A stretch of 64,000 nucleotides of DNA. It comes from Synechococcus sp. Lineage in GTDB: Bacteria; Cyanobacteriota; Cyanobacteriia; PCC-6307; Cyanobiaceae. The stretch's first letter is position 1, and each line of letters starts with the position of its first letter. Below, piece by piece: positions 1 to 10,448 of the stretch. The stretch spans positions 2,052,228-2,116,227 of the forward strand of contig JBJBDL010000003.1 of assembly GCA_047285305.1 (NCBI GenBank), read 5' to 3'. Both the position numbers and the translations under genes were made by a program. The notes beneath the pieces were generated by a model that was given only the letters and a program-made list of their open reading frames with translations, had not been told where the DNA came from and ran no database searches.

Positions 1-804
1 ATGGCCATAGGCCTCCAGCTCCTGCTGGACGACGTTCAGGTCAGCCACGGGATCCTCGGATCCTGCGTCCACGAGGTGGATCAGCAGACGGGTGCGTTCG
101 ATATGACGCAGAAAGTCGTGGCCAAGACCAGCGCCCTGGGCGGCCCCCTCAATCAAGCCTGGAATATCCGCGAACACGGTTCCATCTCCACTGGGACGGC
201 GCACCACACCAAGGTTGGGGACCAAGGTGGTGAAGGGGTAATCGGCAATCTTGGGTCGCGCTGCCGACAGCACGGCGATCAAGGTGCTCTTGCCGGCATT
301 GGGAAGACCAATGATGCCCACCTCAGCCAGCAACTTCAGTTCCAGCTGCAGGGGCCATTCCTCACCCTCACGGCCCTCGGTGAATTTCTCCGGAGCGCGG
401 TTGCGATTGCTCAGATAATGGGCGTTGCCCAAACCACCTCGCCCACCGAAGGCAACGGTAAGACGCTCACCCGGGGTGGTGAGGTCTCCCAGAAGAATGC
501 CGGTGCGCAGATGGCGTACCTCCGTGCCGCAAGGCACCTTGATCACCAGGTCTTTCCCTGATGCACCGGTGCATTTGTTCGGACCACCGCGTCGCCCATC
601 GTCAGCAGCGAACAGGCGTTTGTATTTGAAATCGAGCAGGGTTTGCAGGTTGCTGTCGGCCTCGAGAACCACGGGAGCCCCACACCCGCCGTCACCTCCG
701 GAGGGGCCTCCAGCGGGCACATACTTTTCACGGCGAAATGCAGCGATGCCATCGCCGCCGCGCCCGCCTCGGACCGTGATCCGTGCCTGATCGATGAACT
801 GCAC
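1..804 (-). CDS. obgE: GTPase ObgE/CgtA (3' end runs off the window)
   Basis: Not in the ORF track. Manual translation from GTG at 804 gives [40 protein letters not shown], then G1 [14 protein letters not shown] and G3 DIPG. Confidence 0.95.
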   Translation of the reverse strand, partial: MQFIDQARITVRGGRGGDGIAAFRREKYVPAGGPSGGDGGCGAPVVLEADSNLQTLLDFKYKRLFAADDGRRGGPNKCTGASGKDLVIKVPCGTEVRHLRTGILLGDLTTPGERLTVAFGGRGGLGNAHYLSNRNRAPEKFTEGREGEEWPLQLELKLLAEVGIIGLPNAGKSTLIAVLSAARPKIADYPFTTLVPNLGVVRRPSGDGTVFADIPGLIEGAAQGAGLGHDFLRHIERTRLLIHLVDAGSEDPVADLNVVQQELEAYGH

Positions 805-862
805 GGTGCTGCCGGCTCAATCCAATCCATAACCCTAAGATTCAGCCGCTGCAGCTCTGTCT

Positions 863-2041
863 TTGGCCGGCGTCCGTTTCGAAGACCTCAGCAAGACCTT
901 CCCAGGACGCGGCGGCGGTGATCCCGTTGAAGTGATTCGTCAGTTGAATCTGACGATCAACGATGGCGAGTTTTTGGTGCTGGTCGGTCCCTCGGGGTGC
1001 GGCAAAAGCACCTTGCTGCGACTGCTCGCTGGTCTCGACAGCCCCACCAGCGGCGAAATCAGAATCGGGTCCCGGCCCATCAGCGATGTGCCGCCAGCGC
1101 GCCGCAACGTCGCCATGGTGTTCCAGAGCTATGCGCTCTACCCGCATCTCAGCGTGCGGGACAACCTCAGCTTCGGACTGCGCAGAAGCCAGGCGAGATC
1201 AACCGTCCAGCGCATCCAAGATCAAGCCTTTCGAGCCACGCGCGCCTTACCCGAACCACTGAGGGTGCGGTCGGTCAGAGAAGAACGAATCGAAGCCCGG
1301 GTGAACACCGTTGCCAGATCTCTGGAACTCACGGAATTGCTCGATCGAAGGCCAAAAGAACTGTCCGGCGGACAGAAACAACGGGTCGCCCTCGGACGCG
1401 CCATGGCGCGCAATCCTGAGGTGTTTTTGATGGACGAACCGCTGAGCAATCTCGACGCCAAACTCAGAACGAGCACGCGCCAAAGAATCGTCGAGCTGCA
1501 ACGAGAACTGGGAACAACGACGGTTTATGTGACCCACGACCAGGTGGAAGCGATGACCATGGGGGACCGCATCGCGGTGTTGAACCAAGGGCGCCTGCAG
1601 CAGCTCGGGACCCCCATGGAGTTGTACAGATGGCCCTCCAACATCTTCGTGGCCCAGTTCATTGGCAGCCCAGCGATGAGCCTTTTGCCCGTCACGGTGG
1701 GACCCAATGCAACTCTGATTCTGGGGAACAAGCGCATTCAGGTTGAAGGCGCAATGGTCGAGCCTCTACTTCAACGAGAAGGCCAACACATCACCGCAGG
1801 ATTGAGGCCTGAACACTGGCATCTGGCACCGGCAACAAACCGGAATCTCCAAGCCGAGGTAAGTCATTGCGAGCGTCTGGGCAATGAGCAGATCCTCACC
1901 TGTCGGCTCCTGGATGGTGATCAACTCATCCAGGTCAGAGCTTCAACGGAGATCAACATCACTGCCGGCGATGCCATCCACCTCGACCCTGACCCCACAG
2001 GCTGGCGGTTGTTTGATGCGGATGGTGAAGCCATCCGTTAG
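863..2041 (+). CDS. Sugar ABC transporter ATP-binding subunit (MalK/GgtA-like)
   Basis: Walker A GPSGCGKST, signature LSGGQ, Walker B FLMDEPLSNLD, C-terminal TOBE-like region. Confidence 0.9.
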   Translation: MAGVRFEDLSKTFPGRGGGDPVEVIRQLNLTINDGEFLVLVGPSGCGKSTLLRLLAGLDSPTSGEIRIGSRPISDVPPARRNVAMVFQSYALYPHLSVRDNLSFGLRRSQARSTVQRIQDQAFRATRALPEPLRVRSVREERIEARVNTVARSLELTELLDRRPKELSGGQKQRVALGRAMARNPEVFLMDEPLSNLDAKLRTSTRQRIVELQRELGTTTVYVTHDQVEAMTMGDRIAVLNQGRLQQLGTPMELYRWPSNIFVAQFIGSPAMSLLPVTVGPNATLILGNKRIQVEGAMVEPLLQREGQHITAGLRPEHWHLAPATNRNLQAEVSHCERLGNEQILTCRLLDGDQLIQVRASTEINITAGDAIHLDPDPTGWRLFDADGEAIR

Positions 2042-2063
2042 CCACTGAAGCTCCTGAAATAGC

Positions 2064-4502
2064 TCAGCGCACCCAGACAACGCTGCAGCCCGGTCCGCCG
2101 TCCCCTTGCTCAGCATCGGTCACCCGTTCCACATAGGGCACCGTGTCCAGCCAGGCGCGCAGGCCGCGCTTGAGCTTGCCCGTGCCGATGCCGTGGATCA
2201 CCCAAACCGGCCCATTGGCACTGCGCAAGCATTCCTCAACCGCCGCTTCGGCCTCATGCACCCGCATGCCACGCACATCAAGGGTGTTGCGACTGGTGCG
2301 CACCTGTGCACCGCCGCCTCCGACGGAACGGGCTTGCACCTTCACCACCGGCTTTGGAGGCGGCTCCGGCTTACGCCCATCCAGGCTTTCCACCGCCGCC
2401 AGATCCACCGTGGTGCGCATCACCCCACAACGAACCGTCAGCTGAAGGCCGTCATCGGTGATGGCCAACACATCTGCAGCCTTGCCGAGGGCGAGCAAGC
2501 GCACGCGATCCCCCACAGACGGACGCCAACCCGGCTTGGGTGCACGCCGTTCAGGGGTTGGGCGGTGATGGTCTTCCAAGCTGCGTAACCGTTGCCCAGC
2601 CTTTCGCGCGGTTTCCCCATCCGCGCGCTCATCCCGCAGACGGCGTATCAGCGTGCGAACTTCTTTCTGGCCCTGACGGATCGACTGCTCCAAGCGTTGA
2701 CGGCCCTGCTCCTGGCGTTGCGCGGTCTGCTGCTTTTGCTTCTGCCAGCGCTGCAGCAACTCCTCGTGCAGCAGTTCCGTGCGTGCCAGGAGTGCTGCAG
2801 CGTCTTCTGCCGCGGCCTGCTGGCGCTGCCGTTGCTCCTCCAAGCCACGGATCACACTGTTCACCTCACCATCACCCCCTGGGGCCAGAAGCTGCTGGGC
2901 CTGGTGAAGCACATCCGAATCGAGCCCAAGGCGCGTCGCGATCGCCAGTGCATTGCTGCGTCCTGGAATTCCCCACAACAATTCATAGGTGGGGGACAAG
3001 GTCTCAGGATTGAAGGCAACAGAGGCATTCTCAAAACGAGCGTCGTCGTATTTGAGGGCCTTGAGTTCACCGAAGTGGGTGGTGGCAATAGTGAGCCGAG
3101 CCCGATCCGCAAGAGCCTTCAGCAGAGCCGTGGCCAGGGCCGTTCCCTCGCTGGGATCCGTTCCAGCACCCACCTCATCCAGCAGCACCAAGGCCGGAGA
3201 ACCACCGCTCTGCAGCGCCTCAAGGATGCGCCCGATGCGCTTCACATGACCACTGAAGGTGGACAAGCTCTGTTGGAGGGATTGCTCATCTCCGATGTCT
3301 GCCAGCACCTGGGCACACCAGGGCAGGGAAGGTTGCCCCGAACAGGGCAAAAGCATGCCGGCGCGTGCCATCAGTGCAGCGAGGCCAATGCTTTTCAGGG
3401 TGACCGTTTTGCCACCGGTGTTCGGCCCGGTGATCGCCACCACCCGCAGCTCCGGCGACACCTCCACCGAGATGGGAACCACGGGTGGCCCCTCCGCCCG
3501 TTTGTGCTGCCACACCAACAGTGGGTGTCGCAGACCTGAAAAGCGAAACGGAGCCTCCGCTGCCGCCTCAAGCTGAGGCTCAACGCCACCAAGCCAGCGG
3601 CCGTAACGCCCACGGGCCAGCGCAAGATCAAGCGCGCGCAGCACGGCCACCACCTGGTGGAGGGCGGACGCCTCTTCAGCCACCAGAGCACTCAGCTCCG
3701 CCAACACCTTGCGTTCCTCATCCCGGATGCGGGACTCCAGCTCCACAAGCTTGTTGCCCATGGTGAGCACCGAGCGGGGTTCAACAAAGAGGGTGCTGCC
3801 TGAGGCCGAACTGTCGTGCACCTGACCCGGCACCTGGCTCACCGCACCGGCCTTCACCGCCAGAACCGGACGGCCATGACGCTCGGCGATCACACTGTCC
3901 TGCAGCGATGGGGCCAGGCGCCGCAGCAGCTCCTGAAGTTTGTCGCGACGTTCCTGGCGCAGACCGTTCCATTGATGCCGCAGCGCCGACAACGCCGAGC
4001 TGGCGCGATCAGCAACGCGGCCGCCCTCTTCGAGCGCAAATTTGAGCCGCTGCTCCAACTCCGGCAGCGTCACCATCGTTTCAATCAACGCGGTGCATAC
4101 TGGGCGCAGCTCGGGGTCGTCGATCTGACGGCGCAGGCGACGGGCCGCTGCCAACGTTTCCGCCACGGCCAGCAGCTCTTCACCGGAGGCCACGCCTCCC
4201 TTGCTGCAGCGCATCACAACGGGCTCGAGGTTCTGCACACCGCGGAAGCTGAGCCCCCCCTCAGTGAGGTCATCGAGCACCGCCATTTCAACCGTCTCGG
4301 CCAGGCGCTGTTTCGACTCCTCCAGGCTGGCGGGCAGCGGTTGAACCCGGGCCGCATCACGGCCCATGCCGGTGCTGGCAAAGCCGCTGAGATGGTCACA
4401 GACCCGATGCCACTCCAGCAGTTCAAGGGTTTCCTGCTGAGCCCGGTCCACCCCTTGACTCAAGTCAGCTGCAGTTGGAGGGGATGCCACCGGGGGGTTC
4501 AT
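2064..4502 (-). CDS. mutS2: MutS2 family endonuclease/ATPase with C-terminal Smr domain
   Basis: TGPNTGGKT P-loop, QSLSTFSGH, LLDEVGAGTDP, Smr motif LDVRGM...IHGIGTGKL. Exact start is uncertain because it overlaps the upstream gene. Confidence 0.93.
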   Translation of the reverse strand: MNPPVASPPTAADLSQGVDRAQQETLELLEWHRVCDHLSGFASTGMGRDAARVQPLPASLEESKQRLAETVEMAVLDDLTEGGLSFRGVQNLEPVVMRCSKGGVASGEELLAVAETLAAARRLRRQIDDPELRPVCTALIETMVTLPELEQRLKFALEEGGRVADRASSALSALRHQWNGLRQERRDKLQELLRRLAPSLQDSVIAERHGRPVLAVKAGAVSQVPGQVHDSSASGSTLFVEPRSVLTMGNKLVELESRIRDEERKVLAELSALVAEEASALHQVVAVLRALDLALARGRYGRWLGGVEPQLEAAAEAPFRFSGLRHPLLVWQHKRAEGPPVVPISVEVSPELRVVAITGPNTGGKTVTLKSIGLAALMARAGMLLPCSGQPSLPWCAQVLADIGDEQSLQQSLSTFSGHVKRIGRILEALQSGGSPALVLLDEVGAGTDPSEGTALATALLKALADRARLTIATTHFGELKALKYDDARFENASVAFNPETLSPTYELLWGIPGRSNALAIATRLGLDSDVLHQAQQLLAPGGDGEVNSVIRGLEEQRQRQQAAAEDAAALLARTELLHEELLQRWQKQKQQTAQRQEQGRQRLEQSIRQGQKEVRTLIRRLRDERADGETARKAGQRLRSLEDHHRPTPERRAPKPGWRPSVGDRVRLLALGKAADVLAITDDGLQLTVRCGVMRTTVDLAAVESLDGRKPEPPPKPVVKVQARSVGGGGAQVRTSRNTLDVRGMRVHEAEAAVEECLRSANGPVWVIHGIGTGKLKRGLRAWLDTVPYVERVTDAEQGDGGPGCSVVWVR

Positions 4503-4863
4503 AAAGCATTTCGAGCCAGTTGCCTTCCGGGTCTTTCAGATAAAAAGACGCCGTGCCGTCGCGGTGGTCATGGACGGCACCAACGTGCACACCCTGCGCT
4601 TTGAGACGATCGTGAATCACATCCACCTCCGCACGATCGCGGAAATGGAAGGCGAAATGTGGGCCAGCGGCTTTGTAATCCGGGCCTAACAAGGCGAGTC
4701 CATCGCGACCTTCCCCGGCTTCCAGATAGCACCAGTCGTTGGCACGCCAGACCAGACGCATGCCCAGATCGGTGTAGAAGGCAACAGCCCGATCGACGTT
4801 CTCAACACGGATCGCAACGTGACCGAGACGATCCACACCTTTGGGTTGATCGGCTGTTGCCAT
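4465..4863 (-). CDS. VOC/glyoxalase family protein
   Basis: LGHVAIRV...AVAFY, HFAF and FYLKDPEGNWLEM motifs. Confidence 0.85.
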   Translation of the reverse strand: MATADQPKGVDRLGHVAIRVENVDRAVAFYTDLGMRLVWRANDWCYLEAGEGRDGLALLGPDYKAAGPHFAFHFRDRAEVDVIHDRLKAQGVHVGAVHDHRDGTASFYLKDPEGNWLEMLYEPPGGIPSNCS

Positions 4864-4867
4864 CGGA

Positions 4868-5869
4868 TCAAGCCTCCTTCAACCAAGCCGCTGCATCGCA
4901 GGCGTGGTACGTGAGGATCAGATCAGCACCGGCGCGCTTGAAGCTCAGCAACGTCTCCAGCACAACGGCCTTTTCATCGATCCAGCCCCGCTCCGCCGCG
5001 GCCTTCACCATCGAATACTCACCACTCACGTTGTAGGCAGCAATGGGGAGTTCCGACTCCTCGCGCAGTCGGTGGATGATGTCGAGATAAGCCAAACCTG
5101 GCTTCACCATCATGATGTCGGCGCCCTCCTGCTCATCGAGCTGGGCTTCGGTGATGGCTTCCCGAGCATTGGCGGGATCCATCTGATAGGTGTCTTTGTT
5201 TTTGGGGATCGGCTTGCTGCCGGCGGCACGGGGAGCGGAATCGAGGGCCTCACGGAAGGGGCCGTAGTACGCGGAGGAGTACTTCGCCGTGTAGCTGATG
5301 ATGCCCACATGTTCGAAGCCTTCGTCGTCGAGGGCTTCCCGGATGGCACCGACCCGGCCGTCCATCATGTCGCTGGGACCGATCAGATCAGCGCCCGCTT
5401 CAGCCTGCACAACGGCCTGCTTGCAGAGCAGTTCAATCGTTTCATCGTTGAGGACCACGCCGTCCTCGCTGACGATCCCGTCATGACCATCGCAGGAATA
5501 GGGATCCAGGGCGACGTCGGTCATGATCGCCATCTCGGGGATGGCTTCCTTGATCTGGCGGATCGCTCGTGGAATCAGGCCATTGGCGTTGAAGCACTCA
5601 GCCCCGTCTTCGGTCTTCAGTCCCTCAGACACCTTGGGGAAGAGAACGATGCAACGCACCCCAAGGTCGTAGGCACGCTGCACTTCGCCGGTGAGGGCCG
5701 CAAGGCTCCAACGGCTGGCACCAGGCATGGCAGCGATTGGCTCCACCTCAGTGCCTTCATGCACAAAGAGGGGATAGATGAAGTCTGCAGCCGAGAGGCT
5801 GTGCTCACGCACCATGGCGCGTAGGGCGGGCGTACGCCGAAGACGACGGGGGCGGTAGGTGAGCTCCAT
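4868..5869 (-). CDS. hemB: Porphobilinogen synthase (ALA dehydratase)
   Basis: RPRRLR N-terminus, DVALDPYSCDGHDG, SDMMDGR, MVKPG, AYNVSGEY. Start set at MELTY. Confidence 0.97.
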   Translation of the reverse strand: MELTYRPRRLRRTPALRAMVREHSLSAADFIYPLFVHEGTEVEPIAAMPGASRWSLAALTGEVQRAYDLGVRCIVLFPKVSEGLKTEDGAECFNANGLIPRAIRQIKEAIPEMAIMTDVALDPYSCDGHDGIVSEDGVVLNDETIELLCKQAVVQAEAGADLIGPSDMMDGRVGAIREALDDEGFEHVGIISYTAKYSSAYYGPFREALDSAPRAAGSKPIPKNKDTYQMDPANAREAITEAQLDEQEGADIMMVKPGLAYLDIIHRLREESELPIAAYNVSGEYSMVKAAAERGWIDEKAVVLETLLSFKRAGADLILTYHACDAAAWLKEA

Positions 5870-5908
5870 CAGACCCAAACACAAGGTGTGATCGTAAGGG
5901 TCACCCGA

Positions 5909-6865
5909 TCAGAGGGCCGCCGAACGAAGCCACTCTTGACGTGGATGGTCCGTGCGCTTGGCACGCAGTTGCTCCAACAACCGACGCTCCTCCTCACTCC
6001 ACGAGGCAGGCATGGCCAGCGTCAGCGTGAGCAGAAGATCACCGCGACCGGTCTTCGACGGCCAGCCCTTGCCCTTCAGCCGCAGACTGCGGCCCGGGGC
6101 GGTGCCGGCCGGAATGCTCACCTGGGCCTCACCATCGGGCGTCATCACCGACACCGTGCCTCCAAGGGCCAGTTCATCGAGGCTGACGGGGAGATCGGCC
6201 CGCAGCTGATCCGACTCCAGGCGCCAGATCGGGTGGTCCTGAATCTTGAGGTTGAGGTAGAGATCGCCCCGACGTCCGGTGCCCGGTTGCAGGTTGCCCT
6301 TGCCCTTCAACCGCAGCCGCGAGCCGTTCTTCACTCCAGCAGGAATGCGCACCTGAACGCGCTCGTTGTTCACCGAGAGGCTGCGTTCACCACCGCGAAA
6401 GGCCTCTGAAAAGGTGACATTCACCGAAGCTTCGGCATCGAGATTCACCGGAGGGCGTGAAGCCTGGGCACCACGCGGGAAACCGCCCCCTGCGAATCCA
6501 CCCCCCGGGAATCCTCCGCCGGCTGGTCCACCGAAACGGCCCAACAGGTCGTTGATGAAATCGTCGAAATTGCCGTAGCGACCGAAGTCGACATCCATCC
6601 CGGGCGCGGCTCCCCCGCCCATGCCGCCGGCCTGATTCCAGTACTGACCGAATTGCTCATAACGACGCCGTTTCTCGGGATCGGAAAGCACTTCGTAGGC
6701 CTCACTGATCTCCTTGAACCGCGCTTCAGCCTGGGCATCCCCGGGGTTGACGTCAGGGTGGTATTGGCGCGCCAGGCTGCGAAAGGCTTTCTTGATGGCA
6801 TTGGCATCGGCGCTGCGATCAACCCCGAGCACCTGGAAATAATCCTTGTATCCGCTGCCTGCCAT
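5909..6865 (-). CDS. DnaJ-class chaperone (CbpA-like: J domain, G/F-rich linker, C-terminal domain, no Zn finger)
   Basis: KDYFQVLGV, HPD motif, G/F-rich region, GDLYL. Confidence 0.9.
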   Translation of the reverse strand: MAGSGYKDYFQVLGVDRSADANAIKKAFRSLARQYHPDVNPGDAQAEARFKEISEAYEVLSDPEKRRRYEQFGQYWNQAGGMGGGAAPGMDVDFGRYGNFDDFINDLLGRFGGPAGGGFPGGGFAGGGFPRGAQASRPPVNLDAEASVNVTFSEAFRGGERSLSVNNERVQVRIPAGVKNGSRLRLKGKGNLQPGTGRRGDLYLNLKIQDHPIWRLESDQLRADLPVSLDELALGGTVSVMTPDGEAQVSIPAGTAPGRSLRLKGKGWPSKTGRGDLLLTLTLAMPASWSEEERRLLEQLRAKRTDHPRQEWLRSAAL

Positions 6866-6981
6866 ACCCGTCTAGTGGTATTCCCAGTTTCACCGCAACA
6901 GGGCTTGCGTTGTTGCTTCCGCATGGAGGGAAGCCCGAACGCCTCAATGCGACCTAGCTTCAGGCCAACCACTGCATCAGC

Positions 6982-7392
6982 ATGAGGAGCATGGCTTCAT
7001 CCCTGCTGGCATCCGTGCTGGTCGCAGCTGGCGGAGCTGTTGGTGGCCCACCTGGTTCGGCCGCTCCCTGGGCCAGCACGATCGGAGAGCCCCTGCACGA
7101 CTCAAGCCCCCAGGCCCTCGAACTGACGCAGCATCTGAAGGCGATGGGGGCCAAGTTTTATGGCGCCTGGACCTGCCCAGCCTGTTTCAAGCAGATGAAC
7201 CTGTTCGGCAAACAGGCCGGAGCGGACGTGATCTATGTGGAATGCCGCAAGCCGAAGCAGCTGCCAGAGCAAACCGAAGCCTGTAACGCCGCAGAAATCA
7301 GGGTTTATCCCACCTGGGTTCTCCCCGATGGGCGCCGAAAACTGGGAGTTCAGTCCCTGGAAGCCCTGAGTCGCTGGAGTGGTCTGAACTGA
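6982..7392 (+). CDS. Exported thioredoxin-fold protein (CxxC), like the Trx domain of cyanobacterial VKOR proteins
   Basis: Hydrophobic N-terminus, FYGAWTCPAC, second Cys pair (YVEC...EAC), YPTW motif. Confidence 0.7.
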   Translation: MRSMASSLLASVLVAAGGAVGGPPGSAAPWASTIGEPLHDSSPQALELTQHLKAMGAKFYGAWTCPACFKQMNLFGKQAGADVIYVECRKPKQLPEQTEACNAAEIRVYPTWVLPDGRRKLGVQSLEALSRWSGLN

Positions 7393-7393
7393 G

Positions 7394-9070
7394 ATGGCAC
7401 TGATTCACGGCCTGCATCAGCGCAACATCCGAGGCGACCTTCTCGGAGGACTGACGGCGGCCGTGGTCGCGCTGCCTCTTGCCCTGGCCTTCGGCAATGC
7501 CGCCCTGGGGCCAGGCGGCGCCATTTACGGTCTGTATGGCGCCATCGTTACCGGATTCCTAGCGGCCTTGCTCGGGGGAACTCCCGCCCAGGTGAGCGGA
7601 CCCACCGGACCCATGAGCGTCACCGTGGCAGGGATCGTCTCCAGCCTGGCCGCCATCGGTATCGGTCGTGATCTCAATGCCGGCGAGATGCTGCCGTTGG
7701 TGATGGCCGCTGTGGTGATCGGTGGTGTGTTCGAAACCCTGCTCGGGGTGCTGCGGCTGGGGCGCTTCATCACCCTGGTGCCCTACTCGGTGGTCTCCGG
7801 CTTCATGTCGGGGATCGGTTTCATCATCCTTGCACTGCAACTTGGACCCTTCATCGGGGTGAGTACCGGGGGCGGCGTGGTTGCGTCCCTGAGTTCGCTG
7901 ATCGAGGCCCCCAGCTGGAATCCAGCTGCGCTCGCCGTTGGATTGATGACACTCGCAGTGGTGTTTCTGACACCCCTGCGGATCCGCCAATGGGTGCCAA
8001 CGCCTCTGCTGGCGCTGCTGATTGTGACGCCGTTGTCGCTGCTGCTGTTCAACGACAACCGACTGCTGGAGCTGGGCCTTGAACCCATCGCCCGGATCGG
8101 AGCCATCCCGGAGGGGGGCTTGCAACTGGTGGTTCCCGATTTCAGTCAGCACCTGCCGGAGCTGGTGAAAGCCGGCATGGTTCTCGCCCTGCTCGGGGCG
8201 ATCGACTCTTTGCTCACCTCCCTGGTGGCCGACAACATCACCCAGACCAACCACGACTCCAACCGTGAGCTGATCGGCCAGGGCATCGCCAACACCGCGG
8301 CCGGGTTCTTCTCAGGCCTTCCCGGTGCCGGAGCCACGATGCGAACGGTTATCAACATCAAATCCGGTGGTCAGACGCCCTGGTCGGGCATGACCCATTC
8401 CATGGTGCTGCTGCTTGTGCTGCTGGGGGCAGGCCCCCTTGCGGCACAAATCCCCACGGCGCTGTTGGCAGGAATCCTGATCAAAGTCGGCCTCGACATC
8501 ATCGATTGGGGCTTTCTGCTCCGCGCTCATCGCCTGTCGGCGAAAACAGCCGCGCTGATGTACGCCGTGCTGTTGATGACGGTGTTCTGGGACCTGATCT
8601 GGGGCGTTTTGGTAGGGATGTTCGTTGCCAACCTGTTGACCGTTGATGCGATCACGCGGTCCCAACTGGAGGGAATGGAAGAGGACAACCCCTCCGATGC
8701 CACGGATGCAATGCACGCCAATCTTTCCCCGGAGGAGGAAGCCCTGATCCTGCGCTGCGGCAAGGCCTTGATGCTGTTTCGCCTGCGCGGCCCTCTGAGT
8801 TTTGGCGCCGCCAAAGGCATCAGTGCCCGAATGGGATTGATCCAGAGCTACAGGGTTCTGATCCTTGACCTCACAGACGTGTCCCGCATCGGTGTCACCG
8901 CAACCCTCGCCATCGAACGCATGGTGGAGGAAGCACGGTCCGCGGGCCGCACGCTATTCATCGCCGGAGCCAACCAGAGCCTCGAACAACGGCTGCGGCA
9001 ATTTGGCGTGGAGGGAGTGCTTCGGCCATCCAGGCTGGAGGCTTTGCAGGAGGCGGCTCAGCTGATCTGA
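7394..9070 (+). CDS. SulP/SLC26 anion transporter (BicA-like) with STAS domain
   Basis: GDLLGGLTAAVVALPLALAFG, SGPTGPM, NRELIGQG, GATMRT, C-terminal STAS (GPLSFG, ILDLTDV). Confidence 0.9.
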   Translation: MALIHGLHQRNIRGDLLGGLTAAVVALPLALAFGNAALGPGGAIYGLYGAIVTGFLAALLGGTPAQVSGPTGPMSVTVAGIVSSLAAIGIGRDLNAGEMLPLVMAAVVIGGVFETLLGVLRLGRFITLVPYSVVSGFMSGIGFIILALQLGPFIGVSTGGGVVASLSSLIEAPSWNPAALAVGLMTLAVVFLTPLRIRQWVPTPLLALLIVTPLSLLLFNDNRLLELGLEPIARIGAIPEGGLQLVVPDFSQHLPELVKAGMVLALLGAIDSLLTSLVADNITQTNHDSNRELIGQGIANTAAGFFSGLPGAGATMRTVINIKSGGQTPWSGMTHSMVLLLVLLGAGPLAAQIPTALLAGILIKVGLDIIDWGFLLRAHRLSAKTAALMYAVLLMTVFWDLIWGVLVGMFVANLLTVDAITRSQLEGMEEDNPSDATDAMHANLSPEEEALILRCGKALMLFRLRGPLSFGAAKGISARMGLIQSYRVLILDLTDVSRIGVTATLAIERMVEEARSAGRTLFIAGANQSLEQRLRQFGVEGVLRPSRLEALQEAAQLI

Positions 9071-9732
9071 CTGCTGATCTGTGTGGCATCCACACCACAG
9101 GAATGCATCCGTACGTCTTCAGGGCGTGCCAGCTCCCCTTCCAGCGCCTTCACTTCCGCTAGGGCCAGCACTTCGAGGCGCTCAACGATCAGCTCCCGCG
9201 GATAGCGCTGCTCACACAACACCCAATACAGGCCGAAGTGGCGGGCTTCACTCGCCAACAGATCGCTGTAAAGCCCCCTCAACTGAGGATCCGGGCTGTG
9301 CTCAGCCAACAGGGCCATGCGCTCATGGCTGCGGGCTTCAATCAGACCCGCCACCAAGAAGGAGTCGAGCATTCTCTGCGGCTCACCTTTACGGATCTGC
9401 CGGGCTAGATCAGCGCCATAGCCCGGGGAAGGCAGCGGTTCCAGGTAGCTCCCCCGGGCCTTGATCAACGCCAGCACCTGCTCAAAGTGCTCCAGCTCTT
9501 CCCGCGCCAGAGGGCTGAGGGCTTCACCCAGACCCGGTTCGCAGAGGTAGCGGAACATCATCTGCACCGCAGCCCCGGCAGCCTTGCGTTCGCAGTGGGC
9601 GTGATCGATCAGCACCTCCATCGGCCTGGCGTTGGCCTGCTCCACCCAGCTCCAGCTGGTGGGCGCAGCTAACCAGCGGATCGATGCCACTGTCTTGGAG
9701 GGAACAGTTTGTGGTGGACCTGTAATGGTCAT
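9058..9732 (-). CDS. miaE: tRNA-(ms2io6A) hydroxylase
   Basis: [33 protein letters not shown] di-iron motifs. Confidence 0.9.
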   Translation of the reverse strand: MTITGPPQTVPSKTVASIRWLAAPTSWSWVEQANARPMEVLIDHAHCERKAAGAAVQMMFRYLCEPGLGEALSPLAREELEHFEQVLALIKARGSYLEPLPSPGYGADLARQIRKGEPQRMLDSFLVAGLIEARSHERMALLAEHSPDPQLRGLYSDLLASEARHFGLYWVLCEQRYPRELIVERLEVLALAEVKALEGELARPEDVRMHSCGVDATQISSQIS

Positions 9733-10169
9733 GCGTTCCGGCGTAGATGGCCGAGCAATCCGTTCAAGGCAAGGCTGTAGCTGGCTGGTCCGAAGCCGCA
9801 GATCACACCCACAGCGCGCTCAGCCAGAAACGAGTGATGGCGGAACTTTTCCCGGGCATGGGTGTTGCTGAGGTGCAATTCCACATATGGGATAGCGACA
9901 CCAGCCAGGGCATCACGGATGGCGATGGACGTGTGGGTGTAAGCCCCGGCGTTGATCAAGATTCCATCGCATCGGCCCATGGCCTGGTGAATCCGGTCCA
10001 CCAGGGCACCTTCGAAATTGCTTTGAAAGCAGTCCAGCTGCACTGATTCCTGCTCCGCCTGCCGGGTCAGCGCCGCTTCGATGTCCGCCAGGGAGGAATG
10101 GCCATAGATCCCAGTCTCACGCTGGCCCAGCAGGTTCAGATTCGGACCGTTCAGCAGCAGAACGTGCAT
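9729..10169 (-). CDS. aroQ: Type II 3-dehydroquinate dehydratase
   Basis: [35 protein letters not shown]. Start set at MHVLL. Confidence 0.95.
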   Translation of the reverse strand: MHVLLLNGPNLNLLGQRETGIYGHSSLADIEAALTRQAEQESVQLDCFQSNFEGALVDRIHQAMGRCDGILINAGAYTHTSIAIRDALAGVAIPYVELHLSNTHAREKFRHHSFLAERAVGVICGFGPASYSLALNGLLGHLRRNA

Positions 10170-10253
10170 GGCTGGAGATCTGTTCAGCTCGGCAGATCGT
10201 ATCGAGATCGTGGGGAAGGACACACCGACTGGTAAGTTCTTGCGGTGTGGTTC

Positions 10254-10335
10254 GGGTCGGTGCCCGAGTGGTTAATGGGGGCGGACTGTAAATCCGCTGG
10301 CTCTGCCTACGTTGGTTCAAATCCAACCCGGCCCA
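10254..10335 (+). tRNA. tRNA-Tyr (GTA)
   Basis: GGGTCGGTGCCCGAGTGGTTAA, anticodon arm GCGGA-CTGTAAA-TCCGC, long variable arm, TTCAAATCC. Confidence 0.95.
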
Positions 10336-10344
10336 TCCCCACAT

Positions 10345-10416
<72 letters not shown>

Positions 10417-10448
10417 TTCTTGCTCCCCATGGCACCGGGGGAGAGGGG

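Noticed and set aside
1..561. 186-aa plus-strand ORF
   Set aside because: Antisense shadow of obgE, which occupies the minus strand.
2592..4604. Long plus-strand ORFs (315 aa, 262 aa) opposite mutS2
   Set aside because: Shadow ORFs expected from GC-rich codon bias; no recognisable motifs.
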